Part shown: piece after piece, positions 26,999-37,341 of the stretch
How positions within the stretch are numbered: position 1 is the first letter of the stretch
Layout of the letters: every line of letters begins with the position of its first letter
IMG/VR virus record: IMGVR_UViG_3300035180_000343
Coordinates: 1-64,000 of that record
Reading direction: 5' to 3' (one strand)
From: a virus
Length of the DNA stretch: 64,000 nt
Notes under the pieces: generated by a model
Database searches by the model: none
The model's input: the letters and a program-made list of their open reading frames with translations, nothing else
What the model was told of the DNA's origin: nothing
Made by a program: the position numbers and the translations under genes

Positions 26999-29652
26999 AA
27001 CTGTATTATGCTTGTGTAGAAAGTCGGAATGACCCAGATAAGTTGGGTCGTTGTCGTGTTCGAGTAGTCGGTGTTCATACTGACAACAAAACAGTTCTTC
27101 CAGTAGCAGATCTTCCTTGGGCACAACCGATTCAGCCGATAACAAGTGCGGCAATGAATGGGATTGGTCATACACCAATGGGTCCAGTTGAGGGAACGTG
27201 GGTTGTAGTGGTTTTTAAAGATGAGGGATCGTTCCAAGAACCGTTAATTCTCGGAACGATTGGTGGGATTCCAGCCGATCCACATCTTGTTTCAGAAAGA
27301 ACCGACGACTTGGTTACCGACGCATTCGGATCAATAACCAATGCAGCCGACCCGACAACAGCTGGGTTGACGTCGTATAATCCAGATGATCCTGGCGCCG
27401 TTTCGGTTGATTCAAACGGAAATCAAATCAACAAAACTCAGATTTTAAATTCATCTAATTCTCCTAGTTCAACGCAATCTTCGGCTTCATCTTCTGTTTC
27501 ATCTGGTTCTATGTTGGACAAGATTGGAGAATTGACCGCAAATCGTGAATCTGGAAATGTTCCTACCATGGTAAACGATTATCTTGGTAAGGCTAGTGGA
27601 GATTTAGGTGGAGCGTCATATGGATGTTTCCAGTTTGCGTCTTATATGCCAGCGACGAGTTCTGCTAGACAGAATGCTCTTTCAAAGGGGAAATCTCCAG
27701 TCCTTCAATTCATTGAATCGTCTGGATATTCATCGACGTTTGCTGGAATGACACCAGGAACTCCAGCATTTGACAAGGCATGGGTTTCTCTTGCATCCGA
27801 TCCGAACTTCAAACAAAAGCAATATGAATTTGCTAGATCGGTTAACTATGCACCACAAGTTCGTAAAAATCCAGATTTAGGAAAGCGTGGATATCCAATT
27901 CAAGAAATGTTATTTTCGATTGGAGTTTGGCTTGGTCCCAACACATCAGTCGTTACGAAAGCATTGAATGGAAAAGATATTTCAACGATGTGTGACGCGG
28001 AAATCGTTCAAACGTGTTTTGATTATATTAAGAACAATGTTCAGACACTTTTTAGAAGTAGCCCAAGTTACTGGAATGGTATTAGAAATCGTTGCACATC
28101 CGAATCGGCCGAACTACTTGCACTATGTGATGCTTGTGGAGAACAAACAGAGAAAGCACCAACTATTCCACCAACTGGACAAGAAGACATAACGCCAGCA
28201 CAACAAGCCGAAAATCAAAGAAGATTCCCACCGCCTCCTGGTAGACAAAGAGTTTCTAATAAATTAGGGTTTAGAGACCCACAAGAATACTACCCAAGAA
28301 AGTCTTGGGTTGGAGAATCCGATGTTCATCGGTTGGCAAGAAATGAAAAAATTGATAACACTATTGTTCGGGTTAAAGAACAGAATAGAGTAACCAACGT
28401 AAATGTTGCATGTGGTGGCAAAGTCTGGGAAGAGCCAAAAAGTAAATATAATTCGAAATATCCATTAAATCACGTGACATGTACGGAATCTGGTCATGTA
28501 ATTGAATTGGACGATACGGTTGGGGCAGAGAGAGTTCAAATTTATCATCGCCAGGGATCGTTTATTGAATTCCACCCAGATGGTAATATTGTTTTTAGAA
28601 CACAACAAGATAATTTTGAAATCAACCTAAGAGACAAGAAGATTTATGTTGGTGGAGATTATTCGCTTTCAGTGAAGGGAAAATTGAGTTTTTTGAGTGA
28701 AGATGATATGACTTTTGAAACCAAAGGCGATTTCAAAATATCTTCGAATAAAAATGTTAATATTATAGCAAGCGATACTGCAATCTTGTCTGGGAACACT
28801 GCGGCAGTTTCAGCGAGCGATACTGCAATTTTGACTGGAGAAATCGCAGCAGTTTCAGGACGCCTTGATACGTATGTGAATGCGAGGAATGTTCTTCATA
28901 TTGTCGGCTTAGAAAGAACAGATAACGAATATAGATCATTTTCAGTCGAAACAGGAAACGTGTGCGGCGATACTTTAGATGTTTCCGTAAATAGAATGAT
29001 TCTGGACGATGGAACGGTTGAACTTTATGAAAATGACTCAGACGAAACTGTTCCAAAAAATGAAGAATCTACTGCAATTTCAAACGGAATGACTGAAATA
29101 CAAAGTCAAGATGCGGCGACATCGACCCCAACCACTCCAGAACCAACACCCCCTGGAACTCCGGACGATGTTATAACTGATGATAGGTTGTCCACACATT
29201 ATTGGGTGAAAGATTTAGCAAAGAATGGATTAAAGGCACAATATGGGTTGACAGAACAGCAAATACTCGAAAATCTTAGGGTTCTTGCAACAACTGTTCT
29301 TGAGCCATTGTTAGCAATTTATGGACCTAGTATGAACATAGTATCTGGGCTTAGATATGGAAATACTCAAGCTGGAAATGGTAGAGTTTCACAACATTGT
29401 AAAGGGCAAGCAGTCGATCTTCAATTTTCCGATGTTTCAAGGGCAGATCCTTTATTGGGAATAAATAGAGCAAGGGAAATCATGGCTGCGGTTGATTTTG
29501 ACCAATTCATTTTGGAGCACCAACACTCCGAAGTGTTCCACGTTTCGGCAGTTGCAAGTGGAAATAGACACAAGCCCTGTTCGACTTTCGGTTCTGGAAA
29601 TAGTGGAATTCTATCTGGACTTGTTGGATGTGACGGAAAGAAGTATGCTTGA
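26995..29652 (+). CDS. gp5: Baseplate hub / tail spike with an inserted muramidase-like domain and a C-terminal M15 peptidase
   Basis: DPDKLGRCRVRV..LPWA OB-fold, YPLNHVTCTESGHVIE, DLGGASYGCFQ, and SQHCKGQAVD. Confidence 0.9.
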   Translation: MKLYYACVESRNDPDKLGRCRVRVVGVHTDNKTVLPVADLPWAQPIQPITSAAMNGIGHTPMGPVEGTWVVVVFKDEGSFQEPLILGTIGGIPADPHLVSERTDDLVTDAFGSITNAADPTTAGLTSYNPDDPGAVSVDSNGNQINKTQILNSSNSPSSTQSSASSSVSSGSMLDKIGELTANRESGNVPTMVNDYLGKASGDLGGASYGCFQFASYMPATSSARQNALSKGKSPVLQFIESSGYSSTFAGMTPGTPAFDKAWVSLASDPNFKQKQYEFARSVNYAPQVRKNPDLGKRGYPIQEMLFSIGVWLGPNTSVVTKALNGKDISTMCDAEIVQTCFDYIKNNVQTLFRSSPSYWNGIRNRCTSESAELLALCDACGEQTEKAPTIPPTGQEDITPAQQAENQRRFPPPPGRQRVSNKLGFRDPQEYYPRKSWVGESDVHRLARNEKIDNTIVRVKEQNRVTNVNVACGGKVWEEPKSKYNSKYPLNHVTCTESGHVIELDDTVGAERVQIYHRQGSFIEFHPDGNIVFRTQQDNFEINLRDKKIYVGGDYSLSVKGKLSFLSEDDMTFETKGDFKISSNKNVNIIASDTAILSGNTAAVSASDTAILTGEIAAVSGRLDTYVNARNVLHIVGLERTDNEYRSFSVETGNVCGDTLDVSVNRMILDDGTVELYENDSDETVPKNEESTAISNGMTEIQSQDAATSTPTTPEPTPPGTPDDVITDDRLSTHYWVKDLAKNGLKAQYGLTEQQILENLRVLATTVLEPLLAIYGPSMNIVSGLRYGNTQAGNGRVSQHCKGQAVDLQFSDVSRADPLLGINRAREIMAAVDFDQFILEHQHSEVFHVSAVASGNRHKPCSTFGSGNSGILSGLVGCDGKKYA

Positions 29653-29659
29653 GTGGGTA

Positions 29660-29667
29660 GATAAATA
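29660..29667 (+). promoter_or_regulatory. Late promoter
   Basis: GATAAATA. Confidence 0.6.
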
Positions 29668-29685
29668 AGTTAAAAGGAATTCAAA

Positions 29686-29913
29686 ATGAAAACGTTTAAA
29701 GAATATATCTTAGAAGGTAAGATGAAGGAAATTCACTCTGAACTCGAACAGATATTGAACAGGGATATCAAGAAATATAAGAAAAGTGGTGGAGACGAAT
29801 GGATTGCTTCTCGTCTAACCGACGCTGCCAAGAAGATTTCGAAAGAATATGGGATTTCTGTTGAAGATGCAACCACTGTCGTAAACGATTACTTTGACGA
29901 AGCGATGCAGTAA
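29686..29913 (+). CDS. Small protein with capsid-targeting-like N-terminus MKTFKEYILE
   Basis: Late promoter, AAGGA RBS and CTS motif. Confidence 0.75.
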   Translation: MKTFKEYILEGKMKEIHSELEQILNRDIKKYKKSGGDEWIASRLTDAAKKISKEYGISVEDATTVVNDYFDEAMQ

Positions 29914-30290
29914 TGCGTTATGTTGATGTAGGTCTTTCGTTTCTGATGCATCCTAATACAAAGGATGTTGTTCAGCTCACTGACGAACAAGCGATAAAGG
30001 CTGCTGTCAAGCATCTGATTCTTACCAATTATTACGAAATTCCATTTAGTCCATATAGAGGCGGAAATATTTCTGCTCTTCTGTTTGAGACTTATACTGA
30101 AATTCAGAACGCACAAATTCAAGTTGATATCAAGAATTTAATTGATAGATATGAACCAAGAGTAAAGTTTTTAAAATGCATATCAGATTTTTATGAAGAT
30201 GTGCCAGCATTAGCTGTGAGGATTTATTTTAGAATTTTATCGCTTAACAAAGACGTAGATATTTCAGTAATCCTGAAGAGAACAAGATGA
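29913..30290 (+). CDS. gp25: Baseplate wedge subunit
   Basis: LILTNYYEIPF.P..G and IDRYEPRV motifs. Confidence 0.93.
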   Translation: MRYVDVGLSFLMHPNTKDVVQLTDEQAIKAAVKHLILTNYYEIPFSPYRGGNISALLFETYTEIQNAQIQVDIKNLIDRYEPRVKFLKCISDFYEDVPALAVRIYFRILSLNKDVDISVILKRTR

Positions 30291-32062
30291 CTTCAATCGT
30301 TTCCGCTAATGTTACCTCGTTAGATTATGATGGTTTGAAAGAAAGTTTAAAAAGTTTTCTTTCAAATAATCCAACCTTTACTGATTACGATTTTGATGGG
30401 TCTGGGCTAAATGCTATCATTGAGGTGTTAGCATATAACTCTCAGCAATATGCCTATTTAGCAAATATGCTATCCAATGAAATGTTTTTGGATAGTGCAA
30501 TTCTTAGATCGAGTGTCGTGTCCCTTGCTAAATTGGTTGGATATACACCAAGATCAATCGTTGCTTCTCAGGCTCAAGTATCTTTGACGTTCGAAGGGGT
30601 GCCTTTGAACTATGTGAATCTTGAACTTCCAAAAGGAACAAAGTTTTCAACTAGAATTAAATCAAATATATTCACATTCGTAAACAGAGATTCTGTTTCA
30701 ATTTTTCCAACGAATGCAATAACCAATCCAGGTCAGTTTCAAATTACAAATCTTCCGATCTATGAAGGCGAGATTATAACGAACGATTTCGTCGTTGTAA
30801 ATCCAGCATCCGATAGATTTATTATTCCAAATAATAATGCGGATATATCAACGCTTCGCGTATATGTAAAGCCATCTGGTGGTTCAACTTTTTCTCTTTA
30901 TACAGAAGCAAACTCTATTCTTGGATTAACTAATGCTTCAACAATTTACTATATTCAAGAAGTCGATTCAATGCAATTCGAAGTTTATTTCGGAGATGGC
31001 GTTTTAGGTAAATCGTTAAGCGTTGGCGACACGGTTAGATTAGAATATATTGCTACTAATGGAATATTTGGGAATTTTGCAAGAACATTCACAGTTGGAT
31101 CGATTGGTGGATTTACTCCGATTGTAACAACTGATGTTACATCAACTGGGGGTGCTTCTGCTGAGGGAATCAACTCAATTAGACAAACTGCCCGAAAGAT
31201 GTATTCGTCTCAAGATAGATGTGTCACCACACAGGATTATCGAGCAGTTATAATGGACAAATTCCCATACGCCAAATCAGTTAACGTTTGGGGCGGCGAA
31301 GCCGAGAATCCTCCAAAATATGGAAAAGTGTTCGTGTCTATTGCTACGCAAGACGGAACAAAACTGACTCAAGACAATAAGAGAATGATTATAAATGATA
31401 TTTTGTTGGATAGATCATTTCTTCGTATTGTCCCGACTATCGTTGACCCACAAAATATTTTTGTCGGAGTGAAAACTGTTGTTAAGTACAATCCGAGACT
31501 TATAAATGATTTAACTGCTTTAAAAAATTCAGTAAACGATAAGATTATTGCATTTGGAATTGATGCATTAGAAGGACACGGAAAACCTTTATATCTTTCA
31601 AATTTATTGTCAAGCATTGACCAGGTATCTGGAGTGATTGGGAATATCTCAACTGTAACCCTAGTATATCGTTTTGTTCCAAAAATAAACTCAACTCAAA
31701 TTTTGAAGGTCGATTTCAAGAATCCAATTAAACTTGGGTCTGTTCGCTCAACTCCAATGAATTTCAGTTCCGACCAGTTGAGTTCGTATATATTGGAAGA
31801 TGATTCGAAGGGAAACATCGTTGCTTATAAACTGAATGAATTTTCAAATAAAGTTTATTTACCAAATTATAAAGCTGGATCTGTTGATTATACTAACGGA
31901 ACAATTGTCCTAGATAATTTGGTTGTTGAAAACTTTGTCGGTGAGTTTTCTGAAATAACTTGGGTCTGTGAAAATAACGATATCATTCCACAATTTAATC
32001 AAGTGCTTTATATCTCTCCAGAAAAGATTGATGTTCAAGTGCAAGCAGAAACGATTGTGTAA
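30287..32062 (+). CDS. gp6: Baseplate wedge subunit
   Basis: FTDYDFDGSGL, EMFLDSA.LRSSVVS, QDRCVT..DY and PPKYGKVF motifs. Confidence 0.95.
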   Translation: MTSIVSANVTSLDYDGLKESLKSFLSNNPTFTDYDFDGSGLNAIIEVLAYNSQQYAYLANMLSNEMFLDSAILRSSVVSLAKLVGYTPRSIVASQAQVSLTFEGVPLNYVNLELPKGTKFSTRIKSNIFTFVNRDSVSIFPTNAITNPGQFQITNLPIYEGEIITNDFVVVNPASDRFIIPNNNADISTLRVYVKPSGGSTFSLYTEANSILGLTNASTIYYIQEVDSMQFEVYFGDGVLGKSLSVGDTVRLEYIATNGIFGNFARTFTVGSIGGFTPIVTTDVTSTGGASAEGINSIRQTARKMYSSQDRCVTTQDYRAVIMDKFPYAKSVNVWGGEAENPPKYGKVFVSIATQDGTKLTQDNKRMIINDILLDRSFLRIVPTIVDPQNIFVGVKTVVKYNPRLINDLTALKNSVNDKIIAFGIDALEGHGKPLYLSNLLSSIDQVSGVIGNISTVTLVYRFVPKINSTQILKVDFKNPIKLGSVRSTPMNFSSDQLSSYILEDDSKGNIVAYKLNEFSNKVYLPNYKAGSVDYTNGTIVLDNLVVENFVGEFSEITWVCENNDIIPQFNQVLYISPEKIDVQVQAETIV

Positions 32063-32077
32063 TCAGCAAAGGATTGT

Positions 32078-34471
32078 ATGGCAACCGCATTAGATACCGT
32101 AATTTCGTTTCAGTCAAACGTTGCTAGTGTTCTTCCACGTTATTTGCTTGAAGATCAAGCACTCATCATTCCATTTTTAGAAGCATATTACGAATGGTTA
32201 GGAACTCCTGGTAATCCATTAAGTGCTGGCGCAAATATTCCGAATTACTCAAATATTGACACCACTAAGGCAGAATTCATTCAGTTCTTTAAAAATACAT
32301 TTCTAACAGATTTCCCAGATGTAATTGCAAGTGACAAAACATTACTAATCAAACATATTTTAGATTTCTATAAAGCAAAAGGAACTGAAAAAGCATTCGA
32401 ACTTTTCTTTAGAGCAATTTATAATAAACCAGTTGAGTTCTATTATCCAAGAAATGATTTGCTAAGACCTTCTAATGGAAAATGGGAAACCGTTTCTTCG
32501 ATGAAGGTTCACTATTCGGGTGAAACGTCCGACGTGTTCAAATTAATTTCAAAGAGCATATATGGCGAAACATCCAAAACTCGGGCTCGTGTAAATAACA
32601 TTATTTGTTATCTAGTTGGAACAACGAAAGTTGCAGAACTCTTCGTTGAAGATATAGGAGGAATCGGGTTCCAACCTAACGAAACGATTAGATGTGAGGT
32701 TTCACCTGGAATATTTGTTCAGTTTATTTCATCTCCAATTGTTAATCGTATTGAAATTATTTCTGGTGGACATGACTTTGTCCCAGGTGAAACAATTGAA
32801 GTTCCAGTATCGTTTTCTTCGAAATGTCTTTTGAATGTTAAATCTGTTCTTGGCGGAGTCGTTTCGTCAATTAAAGTCATGACTCCTGGGTCTAACTATG
32901 CGGTCGGAGATAAAGTTGTTTTTGACAATATGGAAACGGGCGGTGGTGGTGCTAGAGCAATCGTCGAATCCGTTACAGTAGATGGCAATATTTCGTCTAT
33001 ACGAATTATTGATGCTGGCAATGGATATTTCAAGTCTCCAGTCGTAACGATTTCTTCTGTAACTGGAAGTGGAGCATCTGTTTTAGCTAATATATCTGGA
33101 AATGGATCCGTTAAAGAACTGGACATTATAGGGTCTGGGTTTGATGTTAATGTGGCACCTACTGGATCTGTTGTGTCCATTGGGAGAAACTGCTTCTTGA
33201 AACTTTTTAGTGGAGCAGTTCATACTTATTCTGGATATAGCAATAAAGACGGGTTCTTAAACGATAAGGATAGAATTCAAGATTCCAATTTCTATCAAGA
33301 TTATTCATATGTTCTGAAAGCGGGCGTTGACGTGTCGCATTATGCAGACATCATTAAAGAGGTTGCACATCCCGCTGGGTTCAAGATGTTTGGCGAGTTT
33401 CAAGATGTAACAGAACTCAATATGAGCATGAATGGATGGAACATCCAAGACGAACTATCATCATATACTTTCTATACTGTGGACTATGATGCGTTCGTTG
33501 CCGGAGTTGGTCTTCTTGAGGACATCATCAATCTTTTCTTAAAGGTTGAAATGTGGAATGGAAATTCGTTCAATATCAATAATAAAATCGACGTAAACAA
33601 ACTTGCAATACAAGAAATTGCCGATATTGAAAATATGATTATCGGAGACGTGTTAGATACTTCTGGATATATTTGCGATTCTCCATTCGTTGTCGATGGG
33701 TATGCTCATGCTGATGAATATGATGATTCTTCATCTCTCGCCGCGATTGAATTAGAAATTAAAGCAAGAGACTGGTGGTTATTGGAAGAATATGTCGTCG
33801 ACGATGCTATTTTAAATACTACTTATAGAGACCCAAACGTATATCGCGAATTTTACGATTTTACAATTCTGGATTTCAACGAACTCATCAATGATCCATA
33901 TAAACGAAAGGAAGTCGAAGTTGCTGCATATGTATTGGGAGAATATGATTACATCCAACCGAGTACATCTTCTTTCTCGACAATGATTGCAAACGGCGAA
34001 ACCTCGAAGCAAATTTGGTTAGATTCTCATTATGTAGTTGATTCGGCATTAAATATAGAAAACGAACAGTTTGAAGTATTTTCGTTGTTTAACAATTCGA
34101 GTTCCTTTGGGACTCCATATTTAAATACAAAGTTACTCGAGAGAATGGCAGGAGATGTAATAGATGATCCACTTTCTCCAAAGACAAGATTTAGTTATAT
34201 GTCGACGCCAGAAATATTATCCTCAGACGACCCAACAAGATATTTCGCTGCAGCTGGTCAATATAACATAGAAACGAAATCGTTTATCTGGAATCAACGA
34301 CAAGTTGTTATTCCTCAACTAATTGGTAATTATAGCACCAATCAAACCAATGTAGGTGATTTTTACGAGTCGCTTGCATATATTGGTCGATATTCAAATT
34401 TGTTCAAGACAAACCCAAAAAGGTTTGAACAAAATAACACGAATGTGTTTGTGACTGTTGATATTTCTTAA
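32078..34471 (+). CDS. gp7: Baseplate wedge initiator (gp7-like)
   Basis: DFYKAKGTE, YQDYSYVLK and AHPAGFKMFG motifs. Confidence 0.8.
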   Translation: MATALDTVISFQSNVASVLPRYLLEDQALIIPFLEAYYEWLGTPGNPLSAGANIPNYSNIDTTKAEFIQFFKNTFLTDFPDVIASDKTLLIKHILDFYKAKGTEKAFELFFRAIYNKPVEFYYPRNDLLRPSNGKWETVSSMKVHYSGETSDVFKLISKSIYGETSKTRARVNNIICYLVGTTKVAELFVEDIGGIGFQPNETIRCEVSPGIFVQFISSPIVNRIEIISGGHDFVPGETIEVPVSFSSKCLLNVKSVLGGVVSSIKVMTPGSNYAVGDKVVFDNMETGGGGARAIVESVTVDGNISSIRIIDAGNGYFKSPVVTISSVTGSGASVLANISGNGSVKELDIIGSGFDVNVAPTGSVVSIGRNCFLKLFSGAVHTYSGYSNKDGFLNDKDRIQDSNFYQDYSYVLKAGVDVSHYADIIKEVAHPAGFKMFGEFQDVTELNMSMNGWNIQDELSSYTFYTVDYDAFVAGVGLLEDIINLFLKVEMWNGNSFNINNKIDVNKLAIQEIADIENMIIGDVLDTSGYICDSPFVVDGYAHADEYDDSSSLAAIELEIKARDWWLLEEYVVDDAILNTTYRDPNVYREFYDFTILDFNELINDPYKRKEVEVAAYVLGEYDYIQPSTSSFSTMIANGETSKQIWLDSHYVVDSALNIENEQFEVFSLFNNSSSFGTPYLNTKLLERMAGDVIDDPLSPKTRFSYMSTPEILSSDDPTRYFAAAGQYNIETKSFIWNQRQVVIPQLIGNYSTNQTNVGDFYESLAYIGRYSNLFKTNPKRFEQNNTNVFVTVDIS

Positions 34472-34482
34472 AGGAGAATACA

Positions 34483-34899
34483 ATGTTTTCGTTTTTAACA
34501 ATGATTAGACCAATCTTGAGTTCGAAGATTCTTTGGATTGGAGTTCTTGTGGTCGTGGTTTTTATTATGGGGATGATGTCTGGGGCTAAGCATACCAGAA
34601 ACCATTATGAACCCATTGTAACTGAATTGAATTCTCGAATTGTGAATTATACAAAAACAATTGAGAATTATCAAGAAGTAATAAAAACACAGAATGCTGC
34701 AGTTGAAAAGTTGAAGGAAATAACTGACCAAAAACAAGTCATGATCGACGAAACTGTTAAGAGATTGGCGGAGCAAAAGAAAGTGTCGGACATTGCTATA
34801 AATACGATTAAGAACACTCCAAAACCTTCTAAGGATTTATGTGAAGCAGCGAGGATTGATTTTATGAAAGAATTGATTGAAGAGAGGAAGACCAAATGA
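34483..34899 (+). CDS. Inner-membrane spanin (Rz-like)
   Basis: N-terminal TM helix plus coiled coil. ATGA-coupled to a lipoprotein gene. Confidence 0.8.
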   Translation: MFSFLTMIRPILSSKILWIGVLVVVVFIMGMMSGAKHTRNHYEPIVTELNSRIVNYTKTIENYQEVIKTQNAAVEKLKEITDQKQVMIDETVKRLAEQKKVSDIAINTIKNTPKPSKDLCEAARIDFMKELIEERKTK

Positions 34900-35162
34900 A
34901 AATCTTTCCGTTAGTTGTATTGTTGTTTTTGGTTGGATGTGCTGGACAGACAGTTAAGGAGCCAACTGAAGTCAAGGTTCCTGTTTATGTTCCATGTCAA
35001 GTCATTGTTCCCGATACTCCGGCGTTCGAGGTAGATAAATTAAATATCAACGCTGATATCTGGGATATGATGATTGCGTTAAGAGTTGAAAGACAACAAC
35101 GAAAGCAGTTTGAGCTCGAATTGTCAAATTTGCTGAATACTTGTATAAAGGACGCCAAATGA
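34896..35162 (+). CDS. Outer-membrane spanin lipoprotein (Rz1-like)
   Basis: Lipobox LVGC and a Pro-rich VKVPVYVPC stretch. Confidence 0.85.
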   Translation: MKIFPLVVLLFLVGCAGQTVKEPTEVKVPVYVPCQVIVPDTPAFEVDKLNINADIWDMMIALRVERQQRKQFELELSNLLNTCIKDAK

Positions 35163-35662
35163 AATATCTTGATGTCAGATCTCAGATTAAAAGTGGCGAC
35201 GTATTAGCTTGGACTGAGGGAAGTTGGAAGAGTTTGCGCGACATCAAACTTAACATTGTTCGCATTTTTACTAGATCGGAATACTCCCATGTCGGGATTG
35301 CTTGGGTTGTTGGAGAAAGAGTGTTCGTGGTTGAAGCAGTCATTCCACTTGTGCGAATTTACCCTCTTTCAAAACTAACACCATTCTACCTCATCAAGAC
35401 TCCATATAGTTGGAGCAAAGAAGCAGAAGAGAAGATGTTAGAAACGGTTGGGAAACCATATTCACAATGGGAAGCAATCAAGGCATTTCTTGGTCTGAAC
35501 ACTAAAGACGAAAAAGTTTGGGAATGTGCAAAATTAGTAAATGATACATTGGCAACGATTGATCCCAACTTTGAAGAAATTCCAGATATTCCAACCAATA
35601 CCGTTGAATATCTTTTAAAGAATAATTCGGTAATTAGTTTTGTTGAATCAGGAATTTGCTAG
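35159..35662 (+). CDS. Permuted papain-like NlpC/P60 enzyme (YiiX/YebB-like)
   Basis: IKSGDVL, YSHVGI, GKPY and late Cys in WECAKLV. Confidence 0.8.
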   Translation: MKYLDVRSQIKSGDVLAWTEGSWKSLRDIKLNIVRIFTRSEYSHVGIAWVVGERVFVVEAVIPLVRIYPLSKLTPFYLIKTPYSWSKEAEEKMLETVGKPYSQWEAIKAFLGLNTKDEKVWECAKLVNDTLATIDPNFEEIPDIPTNTVEYLLKNNSVISFVESGIC

Positions 35663-35789
35663 ATTTGTTAGCCAACATGAACTAAATACACAGCCAGCAG
35701 ATTGTGCGTGTTGTACATATCAAGACAAGCACACTGAGTTGGCATGGATGATTTGGCAATGGATATGGGGATACCAGCATGGCTTATAA
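35640..35789 (+). CDS. Possible 49-aa Trp-rich protein
   Basis: Hand-translated TTG ORF (..YQDKHTELAWMIWQW..) that fills the gap. Confidence 0.35.
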   Translation: MLNQEFARFVSQHELNTQPADCACCTYQDKHTELAWMIWQWIWGYQHGL

Positions 35790-35800
35790 TAGGAGGAAAA

Positions 35801-36007
35801 ATGTCAAACACTGATGAACCGTTAATTTATACGACCAAAGGGAACCTTCCCATTAAGGATTTGAATTATTCCCATTCTTGGGAAGATGCAGATACGTATA
35901 TGAAATTTATTGAAACATATACCCTTGATGGTGAAGTTGTTAAGCAATCGGCACATGTTTTTATGAAACAAGGACAACAACTCAATTCTGAACTGGAGAA
36001 AATCTAA
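35801..36007 (+). CDS. Hypothetical protein, first gene of the cassette
   Basis: AGGAGG RBS before MSNTDEPLIYTTKGNLP. Confidence 0.75.
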   Translation: MSNTDEPLIYTTKGNLPIKDLNYSHSWEDADTYMKFIETYTLDGEVVKQSAHVFMKQGQQLNSELEKI

Positions 36008-36474
36008 TGGCTAACACACAAGCAATACCTAAAACCTTCCGCGTCGATCTTCTAAATGGGATTCATGCTTTTGGAACAAGCGTAGTAAGAGGTTCAACAG
36101 CTGCGGATACTTTCAAAGCTGCTCTTTACCTCGCATCTGCAACGATTGATGCAAATATATCGGCATATACTACAACGGGGGAAGTATCTGGTTCAGGATA
36201 TACCGCTGGTGGTATTACCGTTACGAATGCTACCGCCCCCGCAAATACTGGCGGTACAGGCGTTGTCGCCTTCTGGACTCCATCTGCTTCACTTGCCTTT
36301 GGAACAGTTACGCTTTCCACTTCATTTGACTGCGTTATGATCTATAACAACACAGCGGCAGGTAAAAATGCAGTGTCAGTGAACACATTTGGCGCCACTA
36401 CGGTAACTGCCGCTAACTTCACCCTGACAATGCCTACCAACGATTTGACTAACGGCCTCATCAGGATTTCTTGA
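36007..36474 (+). CDS. Putative virion structural protein (Thr/Ala/Gly-rich, beta-rich)
   Basis: Intact coupled ORF with DTFKAALY..GEVSGSGYTAGG. Confidence 0.65.
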   Translation: MANTQAIPKTFRVDLLNGIHAFGTSVVRGSTAADTFKAALYLASATIDANISAYTTTGEVSGSGYTAGGITVTNATAPANTGGTGVVAFWTPSASLAFGTVTLSTSFDCVMIYNNTAAGKNAVSVNTFGATTVTAANFTLTMPTNDLTNGLIRIS

Positions 36475-36476
36475 TC

Positions 36477-36881
36477 ATGACGCTACGTGACGAAATAACG
36501 ACACGCCTGGACTGTGCTGCCGCACTTGCTGCAAGAGATTGTGGTGAGTTGGCACACATCTTGTCTATTGGCCGCACGAAACAGATTGATTTCAATGTTG
36601 GCTATGGCTCGGTGCTGGATACGCTCGGAGCAGAGTCCGGCGCTGCATTTCTTGACGGATTGACTGCACTCGCCGCAACCAACAGCCCAGTGAAATGGGC
36701 ATTAAAACTATTGGATCGCGGCGAATTGAACGTAGGGTCACCGAAAACGCAAGCACAACTGGATGCACTTGCCGCAGGTGGCGTCATGCCCCAGGCTGTA
36801 GCAGATACGCTCAAGGCGCTGGCGCTTGTGCCCGATGTGGTAACTCCGCAGGAAGTACAAACTGCGCTGGAAGGATTCTAA
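36477..36881 (+). CDS. Hypothetical protein (GC-rich cassette)
   Basis: Intact ORF, about 55% GC. Confidence 0.7.
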   Translation: MTLRDEITTRLDCAAALAARDCGELAHILSIGRTKQIDFNVGYGSVLDTLGAESGAAFLDGLTALAATNSPVKWALKLLDRGELNVGSPKTQAQLDALAAGGVMPQAVADTLKALALVPDVVTPQEVQTALEGF

Positions 36882-37331
36882 ATGGCTACGATAAAACAAA
36901 TAGTAGGTACACGCACCAGCCTGAATGTCACCGGCCTGAGTACGCTGGCCGCTGGAACTTATGTGAGTTCAGCAGTTTATATAGCGAACACGAATCAGCC
37001 GCTTGATGTGATTGTTGAAGTCGATATAGCCACAACGAATACGCCTGCTGGCAACAAGCAGGTGGTGGTGTTCGTCCAGGAATCACTCGATGGCACGAAT
37101 TTCCGTTCAGGCCCTGGAAGCGGAACCACAACAACAGATGAGCCTAATCTGCGCCTGCTCGGAACTGTGCCGATGAACAGCGTCACAACTACCCAGATTG
37201 GGACATTCTCGGTAGCGCAGGCATTGGGTTACTGCCCGTATGCGTTCAAGCTCGTGATAAAGAATGATTTGGGCGTAGCGCTCACCAGCGGAACTGCGTT
37301 CACCAGCGAAATTAGTTCGACCGTAGCATAA
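36882..37331 (+). CDS. Hypothetical beta-rich protein (GC-rich cassette)
   Basis: Intact ORF adjacent to the previous gene. Confidence 0.7.
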   Translation: MATIKQIVGTRTSLNVTGLSTLAAGTYVSSAVYIANTNQPLDVIVEVDIATTNTPAGNKQVVVFVQESLDGTNFRSGPGSGTTTTDEPNLRLLGTVPMNSVTTTQIGTFSVAQALGYCPYAFKLVIKNDLGVALTSGTAFTSEISSTVA

Positions 37332-37341
37332 GGATCAGGCA

